A DNA stretch of 63,379 bases, the filler included, from Octopus bimaculoides (taxonomy: Eukaryota): NCBI RefSeq assembly GCF_001194135.2. It is 8 parts of 7 records of this genome, joined end to end, with 100 filler letters (N's around TTAATTAATTAA, not from the genome) between each part and the next. Parts side by side here need not be neighbours in the genome. Positions count along the whole stretch, not along the records: positions 51,152 to 55,720 come from NC_068982.1; positions 55,821 to 57,996 come from NW_026355178.1; positions 58,097 to 62,171 come from NC_069007.1; positions 62,272 to 63,379 come from NC_068982.1; 4 more parts are not named here. One strand, 5' to 3'. Positions 52,220-63,379 of this stretch are shown piece after piece; position 1 is the first letter of the stretch; every line of letters begins with the position of its first letter. Position numbers and translations under genes: made by a program. The notes under the pieces were generated by a model. The model was not told the origin of the DNA. It worked only from the letters and a program-made list of their open reading frames with translations, and made no database searches.

Positions 52220-53164
52220 GATTTGTTGTCTGTTTGTTTGCTTGTTTCTTTCTTTCTCCCTATTTGTCTCTCGACTCCTGAATGCCTTAGCCACAGGACC
52301 GTCTGTTATCTGACACATAACTGGGCCTACAACCATCCCGGGCTAGAGCGGACCTGTGAGTAGTGACAATTAAACTCCGTACACGCCAGAACTCTTGAAC
52401 TCCCAAGATGGAACCCCACTGCCTGATGCAGTTCTTCTGTTTCGCCCCCCGATATAGAGTGAGCTGTCCGGGTTCACTTTTATTCAATGTTCTTCTGGTA
52501 ATTGCCTTGTTCTATTCATTGTAGTTAGGATTCCACAGCATTGTGCGACGTTGTTAGATAACCATATTCGGAGCATTAACGTTTAGCATTGAATAAAAAA
52601 AATTAAAGCGAAACTTCTGTGGGTTCTAAAAAGCGATTAATAACTCGAAACATCGCATATGAAGTTATTTCATTTAATTTAGTTATCTAAGGCGCAGATG
52701 TGGCTGCGTGATAAGAAACTTGCTTCCTAACCACATAGTTCCGGGTTTCAGTCTCACTGCGTGGCACCTTAGGTATGTGTCTTCTACTATAGCCTCGGGC
52801 AGACCAAAACTTTGTGAGTGGATTTGGGAGACGGAAACTGAAAGAAGTCCATCGTACATGCATAGCTCCCTATGTATGTGTGTCTTTATGTCTGTGTTTG
52901 TTCCCCATCACCGCTTGACAACCGGTGCTGGTTTGCTTACATCCTCGCAACATAACGGTTTGTCAAAAGAGACCGATAGAATAAGTACAAGCTTTAAAGA
53001 AAACCATTAAAACATTAGATATTGTAGTCATGGACACCCGTAAAAAGACAGCAGAGTAGTTGATACCGGAATGGAGATTCACACGATTAGATTTGATTTA
53101 GGGCTAAACAGCAAGAACAACCCACAACAACAACAACAACTGTTAGGTTAATCACACACACGAA

Positions 53165-53720
53165 TACGAAGTAGTACCAAAAAGTTCCTGGACTAGTTAT
53201 GTTTAAAAACAAAACCACTTATTTACCTACGTTTTAACATCATTTTCTTCACTTTGCGCAGAAAAAACACCGGCTCTGGCGTTCCTGCCACTTTTGAAAT
53301 TCTGCCCGGAAGTCGTTTTCCGTAAGCGAATCAAAGACCTACTTCGATTCGCTCTTGGTCTCGACAACGGTATTAAAACGGTGACATTTGAGCTGCATTT
53401 TCATCTTGGAGAAGAGATGAAAGTCCGCAAGTTTAAATCTGGCAAATTACAAGTTTTCAAGACGAAGCCAATAAATTTCATCTTTATTTTGCTTAGGATG
53501 TTTTCACGAATTCTGAGTCTGTAAATGCAGTCTTCAAGCTTCAAATCTTAACGTTAACGAACTACTTGGAGATCTTGGCGAATCAAGAAACATTGTTTTA
53601 CAGAATATGTATATATGAATAAGACCATCAAAAGCTGCATCATGAAAAAAGTTCGAAAGAGTTCGAAAGAATAAGCGCATCGCATCGTCCGTCGCTCGGG
53701 TTAACAAGGGACGCACTCGG
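53165..53720. mobile_element. mariner-like remnant/MITE
   Basis: Terminus tacgaagtagtaccaaaaagttcctggactag resembles mariner TIRs; the other end was not located. Confidence 0.45.
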
Positions 53721-54199
53721 ACCTTAAGTAGTGAGAACCGTTTGAAAAATATATTTCAATCTCTACCCAATGCCGGTACAATCAGCAATAAGTCTGCGAC
53801 TTGTTCTGGGGTGCGTGGGTGGGAGCACAATGCATGTCTCGGGATCCTGAAGGAGGTCCACTTGGGAAGAACCGTTAGTGACTGTGAATTGGAATGTCAC
53901 AACCCTTAAGGGTAAAGAGCAGGAATTAGTGGAGAAGGCCAAACACTAGCGGCTCGATATGTCGGTGTCCCTGCTACAAAGATCCGTGGATTTGGTATCT
54001 TATGTTTGGATGGACGATATAACCGAGTGCATACCGGAAACCATAACATACTTAAAGCAGTTCAAATGATTTATGATGTGTTTTTTCTTCGTCTTCCTAC
54101 GGCCAGAACCGAGATGCTTTGCTGGGTCATCCATCAGATTCTCATGAGGGCCTAAAGCATTTCAAACATTAATTGCTTAGTTCTAGCCCTGAACGATAG

Positions 54200-55010
54200 G
54201 AATTACTTACGCATAAGTTGTTCTCAATAGGGCAGCTCAGAAACAAGGTGGTCAAACACTTGAAAATATAAAACCTTCAATATCTCACCTTACTGACATT
54301 CAGTTAGCATTGCCTGATCTTTTACAGCTTAAAAGCCAAGAAAATGAATGAAGTGAATCGAGCATTATCAAATCTAAAAAGTTTTGTTAATGTATTAATA
54401 TCAGCTGTTTGGTCTTAAGTGTTGGCTCTGATAGATATTCGCAACAATAACTCTAATAGTTATTCAACCCAAAGGTGCTAAATTGGATATTGAAAACATT
54501 GATACTTTTGAAGGTTTGATGAAATCACGAAACAACTGGAATAGAACCGAAAAGAGGTGGCGTCAGACGCTCAAATTGAAATCAAACTCTTGTGAGTGTG
54601 GAGGTGCGGGTCAAAAGCAAATAAGCAGACAGTGATACAAAACCTGGAAATTACTGACACACATGAATTACCGAAAGAAGCCTACTATAGAAAATCTGAG
54701 TTTTATGCATTGATTGATAGAAAATTACAGGATTAAATGATTTTAATTAATTGATTTTAATTCCTACAAAAGCTGAAAGTATGCAAGAGTGATAGTGAAA
54801 ATGTTAGCCCATCAATATCTCATAGGCCTTAACGATGAAGCATTTGCAACAGAAAGGCAACATTTGCTACCACTACACAAAGCAGGTTTAGAAAATGAAA
54901 AGAATTTTTTTTGCGAAATTTATTAACTAACAACAAACTTTGTCACATATGTCAAAATGTTTGCGCTTGTTTGAGAATATTGTTGACAATTTTAACTACA
55001 GTTCTAACTA
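54200..55010 (+). mobile_element. Decayed hAT transposase C-terminal remnant
   Basis: EAYYRKSEFYALID and NVCACLRILLTILTT resemble hAT C-terminal/dimerisation motifs. Confidence 0.45.
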
Positions 55011-55204
55011 CAGTTGCATGTGTGCTTGTATATGCACACATGTATGTATGTATGTATGTATGTATGTATGTATGTATGTATGTATGTATGTATGTCATTA
55101 TTCAGTTTGATTTCAAGATTTCTTGCCAATAGAGAAAGAGTCGGTTTCTAACCGAGATCCAAGGCTCCTTCATTGGAATTTCAACATCAACAACAGAGTA
55201 TTTT

Positions 55205-55235
<31 letters not shown>

Positions 55236-57442
55236 ATATGTGCAGATTTGTATGTTTTGTTTTATGTATGTATTCTCAAGCGTATAGTTGCTTATCAAGA
55301 CATGCTCATATGTGTCTTGCAAACAACTTGCACATGCAAGTGCTACCAGTCAATAACTCCGCATACCGGAAGCCAGCAAGTGTATGGGGTCATCAGGAGA
55401 GAATGCGCGCCGTTTCGGGGCCTACCTCTCGACGGCATCAATGCGCACCGGCCCCCCTCACTGATATGAGGCCCCGCTTGCTAGATCAACTGATTATTAA
55501 ACAAAGCTCAATATTTCTCTAGCCATCGCTCATCGTCTCTTTTTAACCACATCAGTGGCTAGCCTTCTCCACTGTTGTTTGGATATCGGTAATGGTGGTA
55601 TTTACCTTACGATGAGTTAGGCCTAACGATGACAGCAGTCGTTTCACACTGTTTCCTACAAATCCTCTACATCCGACTTCGATTGGAAAATGCTCCGCTT
55701 TTCAGCCTGCGTCTTCACATNNNNNNNNNNNNNNNNNNNNNNNNNNNNNNNNNNNNNNNNNNNNTTAATTAATTAANNNNNNNNNNNNNNNNNNNNNNNN
55801 NNNNNNNNNNNNNNNNNNNNTATATATATACATACATATATATGTGTGTATGTATGCATGCTGTTGTTGTTACATAGCTGCGCTTTAATTGAAATATAAC
55901 ACAGTATGCTGGATAACAAATATATGATATACAAATAAACAAGTAAATACATAAATAAATACATAACTGAATAAATAAATGAATATATATTAAATAAATC
56001 CTGCACATATTTGTCGTCTGAAATACTTCTTTCAAAATTATTTCATTTCTTAAACACTTCATCGATGCATAAACACATATACACACATACGCACGCGCAC
56101 ACACAGAGACTCACATTTGTTACGTACAAGAGTGTGCGGGTATGCGCGCGTGTCTGTGTATACTCGTGTGTGTGTGCTTGTACATGTGCATATATACATA
56201 TATACATGAATAAACAAAGTCGTCTGCAAATGCAAGATGTATATGTAAATACATACACATTCATAACTCTAAGCGTACTTGCATATATATACATATATAT
56301 ACATATATACATATGTGCATGCAAAGCAAACAAATACTAACACACACATTTACACACATGGAAACACACAGACGGACATGGTACGCATACAAACACAAAC
56401 ATAACAAATACACACTCATACGCGCTCATACGCTGTTTATTCCATCTGCTTAGTTTACTTCGTGCTATTTTGTCTCATCTGATAGAGAACATCTACAGAC
56501 AGTTTGTTATTGTGAAACAAAGAATGAAAAGGAAATAAAAAATGAACAAAGAAGAACAATAATAATCGTAATAATAAGAAGAAGAAGAAAATTAGTGAAA
56601 GAAATTCTGAAAAATACTAAATACAAGATTTGAAAAAGAAATCGTCTGCCAAATTACAAGATACAATGTAAAAACACTGAACGGGAAACAAAATGGCGCT
56701 AATGAAGTAAATCGCTGACAACGCCATCTTAGCTTTTCAAAAGAATGGTTGTTTAAACAAATACTATTTATTGTTTGTTGTCTGTTAAGTAGTAACCAGA
56801 TAACACTTAGGATCCAACATGAAAATTACTGAAATGATGAAATTATATCAACATAAGTCTCATTTATAGACATATTTACATATATACGTGGCTATATATG
56901 TATACATACAGACATACAAGCATACATACATACATGTGCACGGTCCACTGACTGAAACATGTTCGTATATATTAATATAGCTATATTGTCATGTGTATGT
57001 TTGTATGTATGNNNNNNNNNNNNNNNNNNNNNNNNNNNNNNNNNNNNNNNNNNNNNNNNNNNNNNNNNNNNNNNNNNNNNNNNNNNNNNNNNNNNNNNNN
57101 NNNNNNNNNNNNNNNNNNNNNNNNNNNNNNNNNNNNNNNNNNNNNNNNNNNNNNNNNNNNNNNNNNNNNNNNNNNNNNNNNNNNNNNNNNNNNNNNNNNN
57201 NNNNNNNNNNNNNNNNNNNNNNNNNNNNNNNNNNNNNNNNNNNNNNNNNNNNNNNNNNNNNNNNNNNNNNNNNNNNNNNNNNNNNNNNNNNNNNNNNNNN
57301 NNNNNNNNNNNNNNNNNNNNNNNNNNNNNNNNNNNNNNNNNNNNNNNNNNNNNNNNNNNNNNNNNNNNNNNNNNNNNNNNNNNNNNNNNNNNNNNNNNNN
57401 NNNNNNNNNNNNNNNNNNNNNNNNNNNNNNNNNNNNNNNNNN

Positions 57443-57491
<49 letters not shown>

Positions 57492-57950
57492 GGTGATGAG
57501 TGAGAGAGAGGAGAGTTTGCTTTGATAGATTGTTCTTATGATTGTTTTGTAACGCTTAATATTTGTCTTGATTTTGGGGGATATTGAAGACGATTTTTTT
57601 ACTTCTCTGATTCGAGATGTAATTTAATCACCGTCTCTCGTTTCTTTACTCGTACTGTCACATCTCTAAGAAGAGCAAAATCCTTTCACTTTCATGTCCA
57701 GATTTTTTACTTCTTTTAAATTTGATATTACATTGAATAATATTCAAATACACATAAGGAACACTAATGGAAAAATAAAGATTTCATAAAAGGATCGACT
57801 GTTGAATGAATTAAGAGAAACCATAGCATTCGGATATGTTACAGTGTTCAAAATCCTATTAACAATCATTATGATAAAAAAATTTCATGCTATATTATTT
57901 CGTTGCGATGTTGTCTTAATGTTAATGTTTGGTGACAACAAGTTTCCTCA

Positions 57951-57996
<46 letters not shown>

Positions 57997-58287
57997 NNNN
58001 NNNNNNNNNNNNNNNNNNNNNNNNNNNNNNNNNNNNNNNNTTAATTAATTAANNNNNNNNNNNNNNNNNNNNNNNNNNNNNNNNNNNNNNNNNNNNTTAT
58101 AGACTTATAGTAATTAAGGTTAAAACATTATGGAATAAGTAGATGATAGTAAAAAAATGTGTTAGTGTACAAAATTACTAAAAGATGGATGTCAATATTG
58201 TTTATAAAATTAAAATAAGAAAACATGACATAACTGCCAGCTGGTAGAATAAAACAAAATGGCTGTGCTATAGAATTTATACTAAAA

Positions 58288-60340
58288 GGTCATGTGATAA
58301 ATATGACGTCTATTACCCAGAAGTACATGCGCATTATAATTACTAAAATAATAACGAAAATATCGAAAAAGAAAATCTACCTAAAATAAAATGCTTCTTG
58401 AGGATTAAAAATACTAAAATACTTAAACTTGCAAATTAACGCAACGTAATAACAATACCCATACGAAAATTCTATATTACGTAAATAATGTTATGAAAAT
58501 TAATACTGAAAAGTCACGTGATAAACATGGCGTCCATTACCAGAGGTAATTACGTGTTATAATTACTAAAATAATAACGAAAATATCGAAAAAGAAAATC
58601 TACCTAAAATAAAAAGTTTAATGAAGATTAATATTACTAAAATACTTAAAACTCTCAAATTTCCGCAGAATAATAACTATACCAAATACGAAAGTTATAT
58701 ATTACTTAAATAATGTTATGAAACATTGTAAAAGACTGCTTATATTATCGGTGAATACTTAAAGTAAAGGTAGTTATATGTTCCAATTATGTATGATATT
58801 GTGATGATTAAAGTGTATTCTAAAGCTAATTTGATGTATTTTACGATACTAATCATAACTATAAGTTGGTACCTAATACTAGGTTTAAATAAATAAATTA
58901 GTTATCTAAACTTATTATATAAGTAATTTAATTTATGTCTGCATTTAATATTATGTTCATCGTGGGAGTTAATTTTTTATTAGTTAATAATATCTCTTTA
59001 AATTCGTTAGTACATAATAAGCAGAATTTATTCCCTATCCTATATGATTTAGCCTTGCAAACTATTTCCCATTTTAACTCGTATTCTATTCTTTTTGATT
59101 TAAGTTCCCAAATGTATTTACTAACGCCCATAGAGTTCATTAAATTTGTGTTCTTAAAAGAATTCATATGTTGGGCCACTCGGGATTTAATTTTATTGGA
59201 AGTCGATCCAATGTAAGTAGTATTTATGTTATCATTATTACTAGTCTTATCTCTACAATTACAATCAATTATATTTTGGACTTAGTTTATTATTGTAAAC
59301 TTATTTAATTTAAATTTATTAAAGGATGAAATGATATTGCCAAAATTATTAGTGGTAGAGTAACCAACTCCAAAATTATTGCTAGAAAATGTGTCCTTAT
59401 ATTTCATGTTGTCTTTAATAAATATCTTAATTATATTTAAAATCTCTTTAATAATGTTAGTTTTTACCTGTATCCCATAGGGAATTATTAGCCATATTTT
59501 CTTATTATTATTACTATTAGGTTTTTTGTTCATATTACTACCTATCTCTGGCTTTATGTGATTCTGAATACTGTGTTTATTATTATAATAGAAGGTGTAT
59601 TCATCATTTAAGTTATCTTTTAAATTATAATTATATTTAGAATTGTTGAAAAATTTAATATCATGATTATATCCGCCTTATGAAGCGCTTCATTATAATA
59701 TGGTGCATGTTTATTGAATATCTCATAGTTGGAAGAAAGTACTGAAATTCTTTTCCCTATATTATTTACTAATGCTTTCTTAATAGAAGGAGGATGGTTA
59801 CTCTTAGCGTTAATATATTTCAGGTTTTTCGTTAATTTTATGGTAAGGTTGCGTTATACCTGTTATTAAGTTGAAATTTACATCTAAATAGTTGAAATTG
59901 CTATATTCGTTATAAATTTTAATCCTAAGCCCATTTCTTTTAAAGAAACTGTTATTTTCTTCTTATATATTTCTAAAGTTCTATTCGTACTATTTTTCGT
60001 TATTAGCAGGAGGTCATCTTTGTATAATCTACCCTCCAATTTAAGATTTTCTAATTGGAGTTCTGCTAGTAAATAAATTCCTACTAGGTCTGTAACCTAG
60101 TCCGGTGCTCCCATAGGGATATCAAAAAAATCCCTGGTATCTTTTCTGGCCCACAATTTATTATTGTACCTAATAAACGATTTTCTCGCCATTTTTGCTA
60201 CCTTAACTTCCTCTTTAGTCATTCCCGCCTTATTCATAGCATATATTAAGGCCTTATTAAGCACTATTTCATTAATAGATGAATGATAATCCTCTATGTA
60301 TATTTACAGAAAATCTGTTTATATAGTTTGTAGTTTATTG
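58288..60340 (-). mobile_element. Penelope-like element (RT + GIY-YIG), decayed, with tandem terminal repeats
   Basis: DIPMGAP..DLVGIYLL..LYKDDLL (RT), IPYGIQVKTNII..GYSTTNN (linker), SKYIWELK..WEIVCKAKSY..FCLLC (GIY-YIG); direct duplication with a period of about 223 bp at 58288-58724. Confidence 0.85.
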
Positions 60341-60451
60341 TGAGTTGAGCAGAAAACATTCAAATGTTTGTCTATGAGACAGCATAAACTTGAAGCATTA
60401 CATCATCTCTCATTAAACAAAGGCTCAAATACAGGAACATTGGTCCAGATG

Positions 60452-60957
60452 GACTATATGTAATCTGAACCTTTCCCCCCTTATTTTTTTTTTTTTACGG
60501 AATCCCACGTTTTAAGCTATGGAGATTCCGATTCTGAAAATTTTTTTTTTAAATCTCAGTTTCAAAATGTTGATCCCCCCCCCCGGTTTTTATATAGATC
60601 CACAGGGTAAACCTAACCCTAACTCAAACCTTAACCCTGACCCTAACCCTAACCCCTAACCCTAACCCTAAACCTAACACTAGTTTTGTGAGATTTGGCT
60701 GTTATTTCTAGCATGTAAATAGCGTGCTTGGTGGGGGGGGGGATTGAAATTTTTTAAACAATTTTTTTTCAGAATCGGAATCTCCATAGCCTAAAACGTG
60801 GGATTCCGTAAAAAATTAATANNNNNNNNNNNNNNNNNNNNNNNNNNNNNNNNNNNNNNNNNNNNNNNNNNNNNNNNNNNNNNNNNNNNNNNNNNNNNNN
60901 NNNNNNNNNNNNNNNNNNNNNNNNNNNNNNNNNGGAAGGTTCAGATTACATATAGTC
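60452..60957. repeat. Foldback/MITE with long TIRs enclosing a (TAACCC)n-like core
   Basis: gactatatgtaatctgaacc..ttacggaatcccacgtttta.gctatggagattccgattctgaaaa is mirrored at 60764-60957; core of taaccc variants at 60609-60680. Confidence 0.8.
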
Positions 60958-61130
60958 TGTCTCCGCCGGAACATTTATTGGAAATCAGGTTAATTAAGTC
61001 ACAAAAGAGTAAATGCATTACCCAAATAGCTTTACTGCTAATCAGCTCAATTGAATAAATTAAGGAAATTGAATAATTAACGAAATTATTTTACCATAGC
61101 ATGGTGTTGTGGAGCAGTCTTGAGTCTCTT

Positions 61131-61253
61131 TTAGTGGTTTATCACAAAGTTCAGTGCCTTTTCCCACAGTCCTTTTCCTTCCTCGAGAACGGTAACCATT
61201 ATCACAGGTTTTGGAACAGTCTCCCCATGCACTCCACACACTGTATACACATC
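61131..61253 (-). CDS. Unidentified terminal coding exon
   Basis: Branch point/polypyrimidine tract taacctatattttcttcgaccag, then DVYTVCGVHGETVPKPVIMVTVLEEGKGLWEKALNFVINH* (123 nt) with coding-like composition in AT-rich flanks. Family not recognised. Confidence 0.6.
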   Translation of the reverse strand, partial: DVYTVCGVHGETVPKPVIMVTVLEEGKGLWEKALNFVINH

Positions 61254-61559
61254 CTGGTCGAAGAAAATATAGGTTACTAATATAAATAGAAGATTTAATG
61301 CAAAAATGATGTAGTTACTAGAAAGAGTAAAGAGAAAGCTAAAAGAGACGAATGTGTGCCAGAAGTAAGTGGGTAGAATAGAAGAATAAGAGGGGAAGAC
61401 AGCTGAACTGTACATAACAAATTGCTAGCTTGGATGAGATAACTACGATATATGATATCAACTTTACCTGATTAGTTGTGTGGTATGCAAAACGTACTGA
61501 GACAGGATATACTGAACAATATTATAATGTAAAATTTTCTAAGATAAATGTTTATGACA

Positions 61560-61755
61560 AACTGCCTAAATGGAATCAGCACCAATAAAAACATCAGTGG
61601 AGTTGAGGTAGAACAAGTTCAAAACTTCAAATATCTTGGGGGTTATAGTGAGTGACCAAGGTCCCAAGCCTGAAGTGATATCCCACATTGCCAAAACAAG
61701 AACAGCAATGACCAAATTCAGAACACTGTGGAAGGACAGAAATATCATACTGAGC
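61560..61755 (+). mobile_element. RTE-like LINE RT fragment
   Basis: GVEVEQVQNFKYLG motif, followed by frameshifts. Confidence 0.6.
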
Positions 61756-62271
61756 TAAAAGAAGCCTGTCGTATATATGTATATATATATATGAGTGTGT
61801 ATATTGTTTGTCCCCCCAACTTCGCTTGACAACCGATGCTGGTGTGTTTACGTCCCTGTAACTTAGCGGTTTGGCAAGAGACCGATAGAATAAGTACTAG
61901 GCGTCCAAAGAATAAGTCCTGGGGTCGATTTGCTCGACTAAAGGCGGTGCCCCAGCATGGCAACACTCAAATGACTGAAACAAGTAAAAGAGTAACTATT
62001 TATTAGGGGTCTTGTAAAGTAACATAGGAATCAAAGGGACCCATAGGCAAAAAAAAAATGGTTGAGAACCACTGGTGTAGCAGTAGTAGTGCTGTCTTAA
62101 AGTAGGAGCAGTACACCATTGTGGATTTCCCCTGAGCTTTGTAGTTATTGAGGGTTGAAGAATTTTTCAGCNNNNNNNNNNNNNNNNNNNNNNNNNNNNN
62201 NNNNNNNNNNNNNNNTTAATTAATTAANNNNNNNNNNNNNNNNNNNNNNNNNNNNNNNNNNNNNNNNNNNN

Positions 62272-62339
<68 letters not shown>

Positions 62340-63343
62340 ACAGTGGTGTTATTAGTTAATGAAACAACATGATGGAAACATGGTATTAAAAGAACATGTC
62401 TGAAAGAGGACACAGTTTAATATAAATTAAAATATATAGTATTGTAACATAAAATTGAAATAAAAATAAGGAAAAGGCGGGTTTCACGTTTGACTGACTA
62501 TGTGAAGAAGAACTTGTAATCAGTTCAGTCAGAGACTGCAAAAAAAAAATGTTGCAAGAAAATTGACTACAGTAATATAAATTTAATGAAGCTTAATAAA
62601 TTAATGGCTTCAGTAGGAATGTGTAGAATGTAAAAATCAATAAAATGAAAATAATAAATGAGGAAACAGTAATTAAGCCGAAGATGAAACAATTAAATAA
62701 ATGTATTAAAAGATAAAATTCTACTACAATCTTAGATCTTTGTTTATCAGTTTTTATTGTCTACATTTTCCGATTCATTATTACAAAGTGATAATATATC
62801 GGATATATAATTGTAAATTATATAATAATTATAGTAATAGTATATAATATAATAAAGTAATTATATATAATTATGGTAATAATATATCCGATGTATTATT
62901 ACAATTTCTACAATGATGAAGGAAGCAATCGCTCATTATGGAAATATTCTATGGTATTGGTGACACTGAACTTTCTGTTGAAATTTTATCCCATACAGAG
63001 TAATAATTAAAAAGAAAACAAATTAGAAAAAGGTTAGAAGAATTGTATTTATATACTAGGTAAGGTGGTGTATGTTCAATAAATTATTACATATTTGGAA
63101 ACATAGATTTGCAATCATTTCATATAGTAAAAATCCACACAGTATGACAGAACTAATTCGGAGAGTGAATTAAATAGTAAGAGGTTAAACAATATATTTC
63201 AAAGCATTCTGAAGTACAAGTCTTAGAATGCTTTTCTCTTATTAATGACGCTTTTGGAAATGAGAGAAATTTTCATTTTATATTAAACGACTTGTTGGTG
63301 AATGTCAGAAACCAAATATTGCATGATTTGAGATATGAGAGGG

Positions 63344-63379
<36 letters not shown>

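Noticed and set aside
55340-55500. GC-rich segment as GGCT exon 2 (SITPHTGSQQVYGVI) or as a type II hammerhead on minus
   Set aside because: The peptide resemblance is short with no suitable splice sites; in the hammerhead reading stem II cannot pair (CCCC opposite CCCC).

Overview
Repeat-rich, gap-riddled eukaryotic scaffold segment. The tRNA-type SINE families, long microsatellites and TTAATTAATTAA gap linkers look like an Octopus (cephalopod) draft assembly; this is recognition from memory, not a database hit. Spliced genes I could reconstruct by hand: (1) a complete RPS15A/uS8 gene on the minus strand (CDS exons 7455-7323, 5649-5570, 5271-5186, 4437-4344; 393 nt = 130 aa + stop) with a probable 5'TOP first exon at about 9863-9840; (2) the first coding exon of a gamma-glutamylcyclotransferase (GGCT-like) gene on the plus strand (13179-13283), head-to-head with RPS15A; (3) two exons of a universal stress protein (USP) gene on the minus strand (35640-35546, 33434-33269, running into a gap); (4) an unidentified 40-aa terminal exon (61253-61131, minus). 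The rest is SINEs, RTE/CR1/Tx1/Dong-R4-like LINE fragments, Penelope-like elements, Tc1/mariner/pogo/hAT remnants, MITEs, Helitron ends and microsatellites. The most interesting signal is absent from the ORF track: a set of type I hammerhead ribozyme motifs. One is near-canonical (10982-11055, +), one lies sense inside RPS15A intron 4 (4898-4850, -), and two sit in a diverged tandem unit of about 327 nt (22763-22812 and 23091-23139, +) resembling a retrozyme; more decayed remnants are also present. No self-cleavage activity has been shown for any of them.
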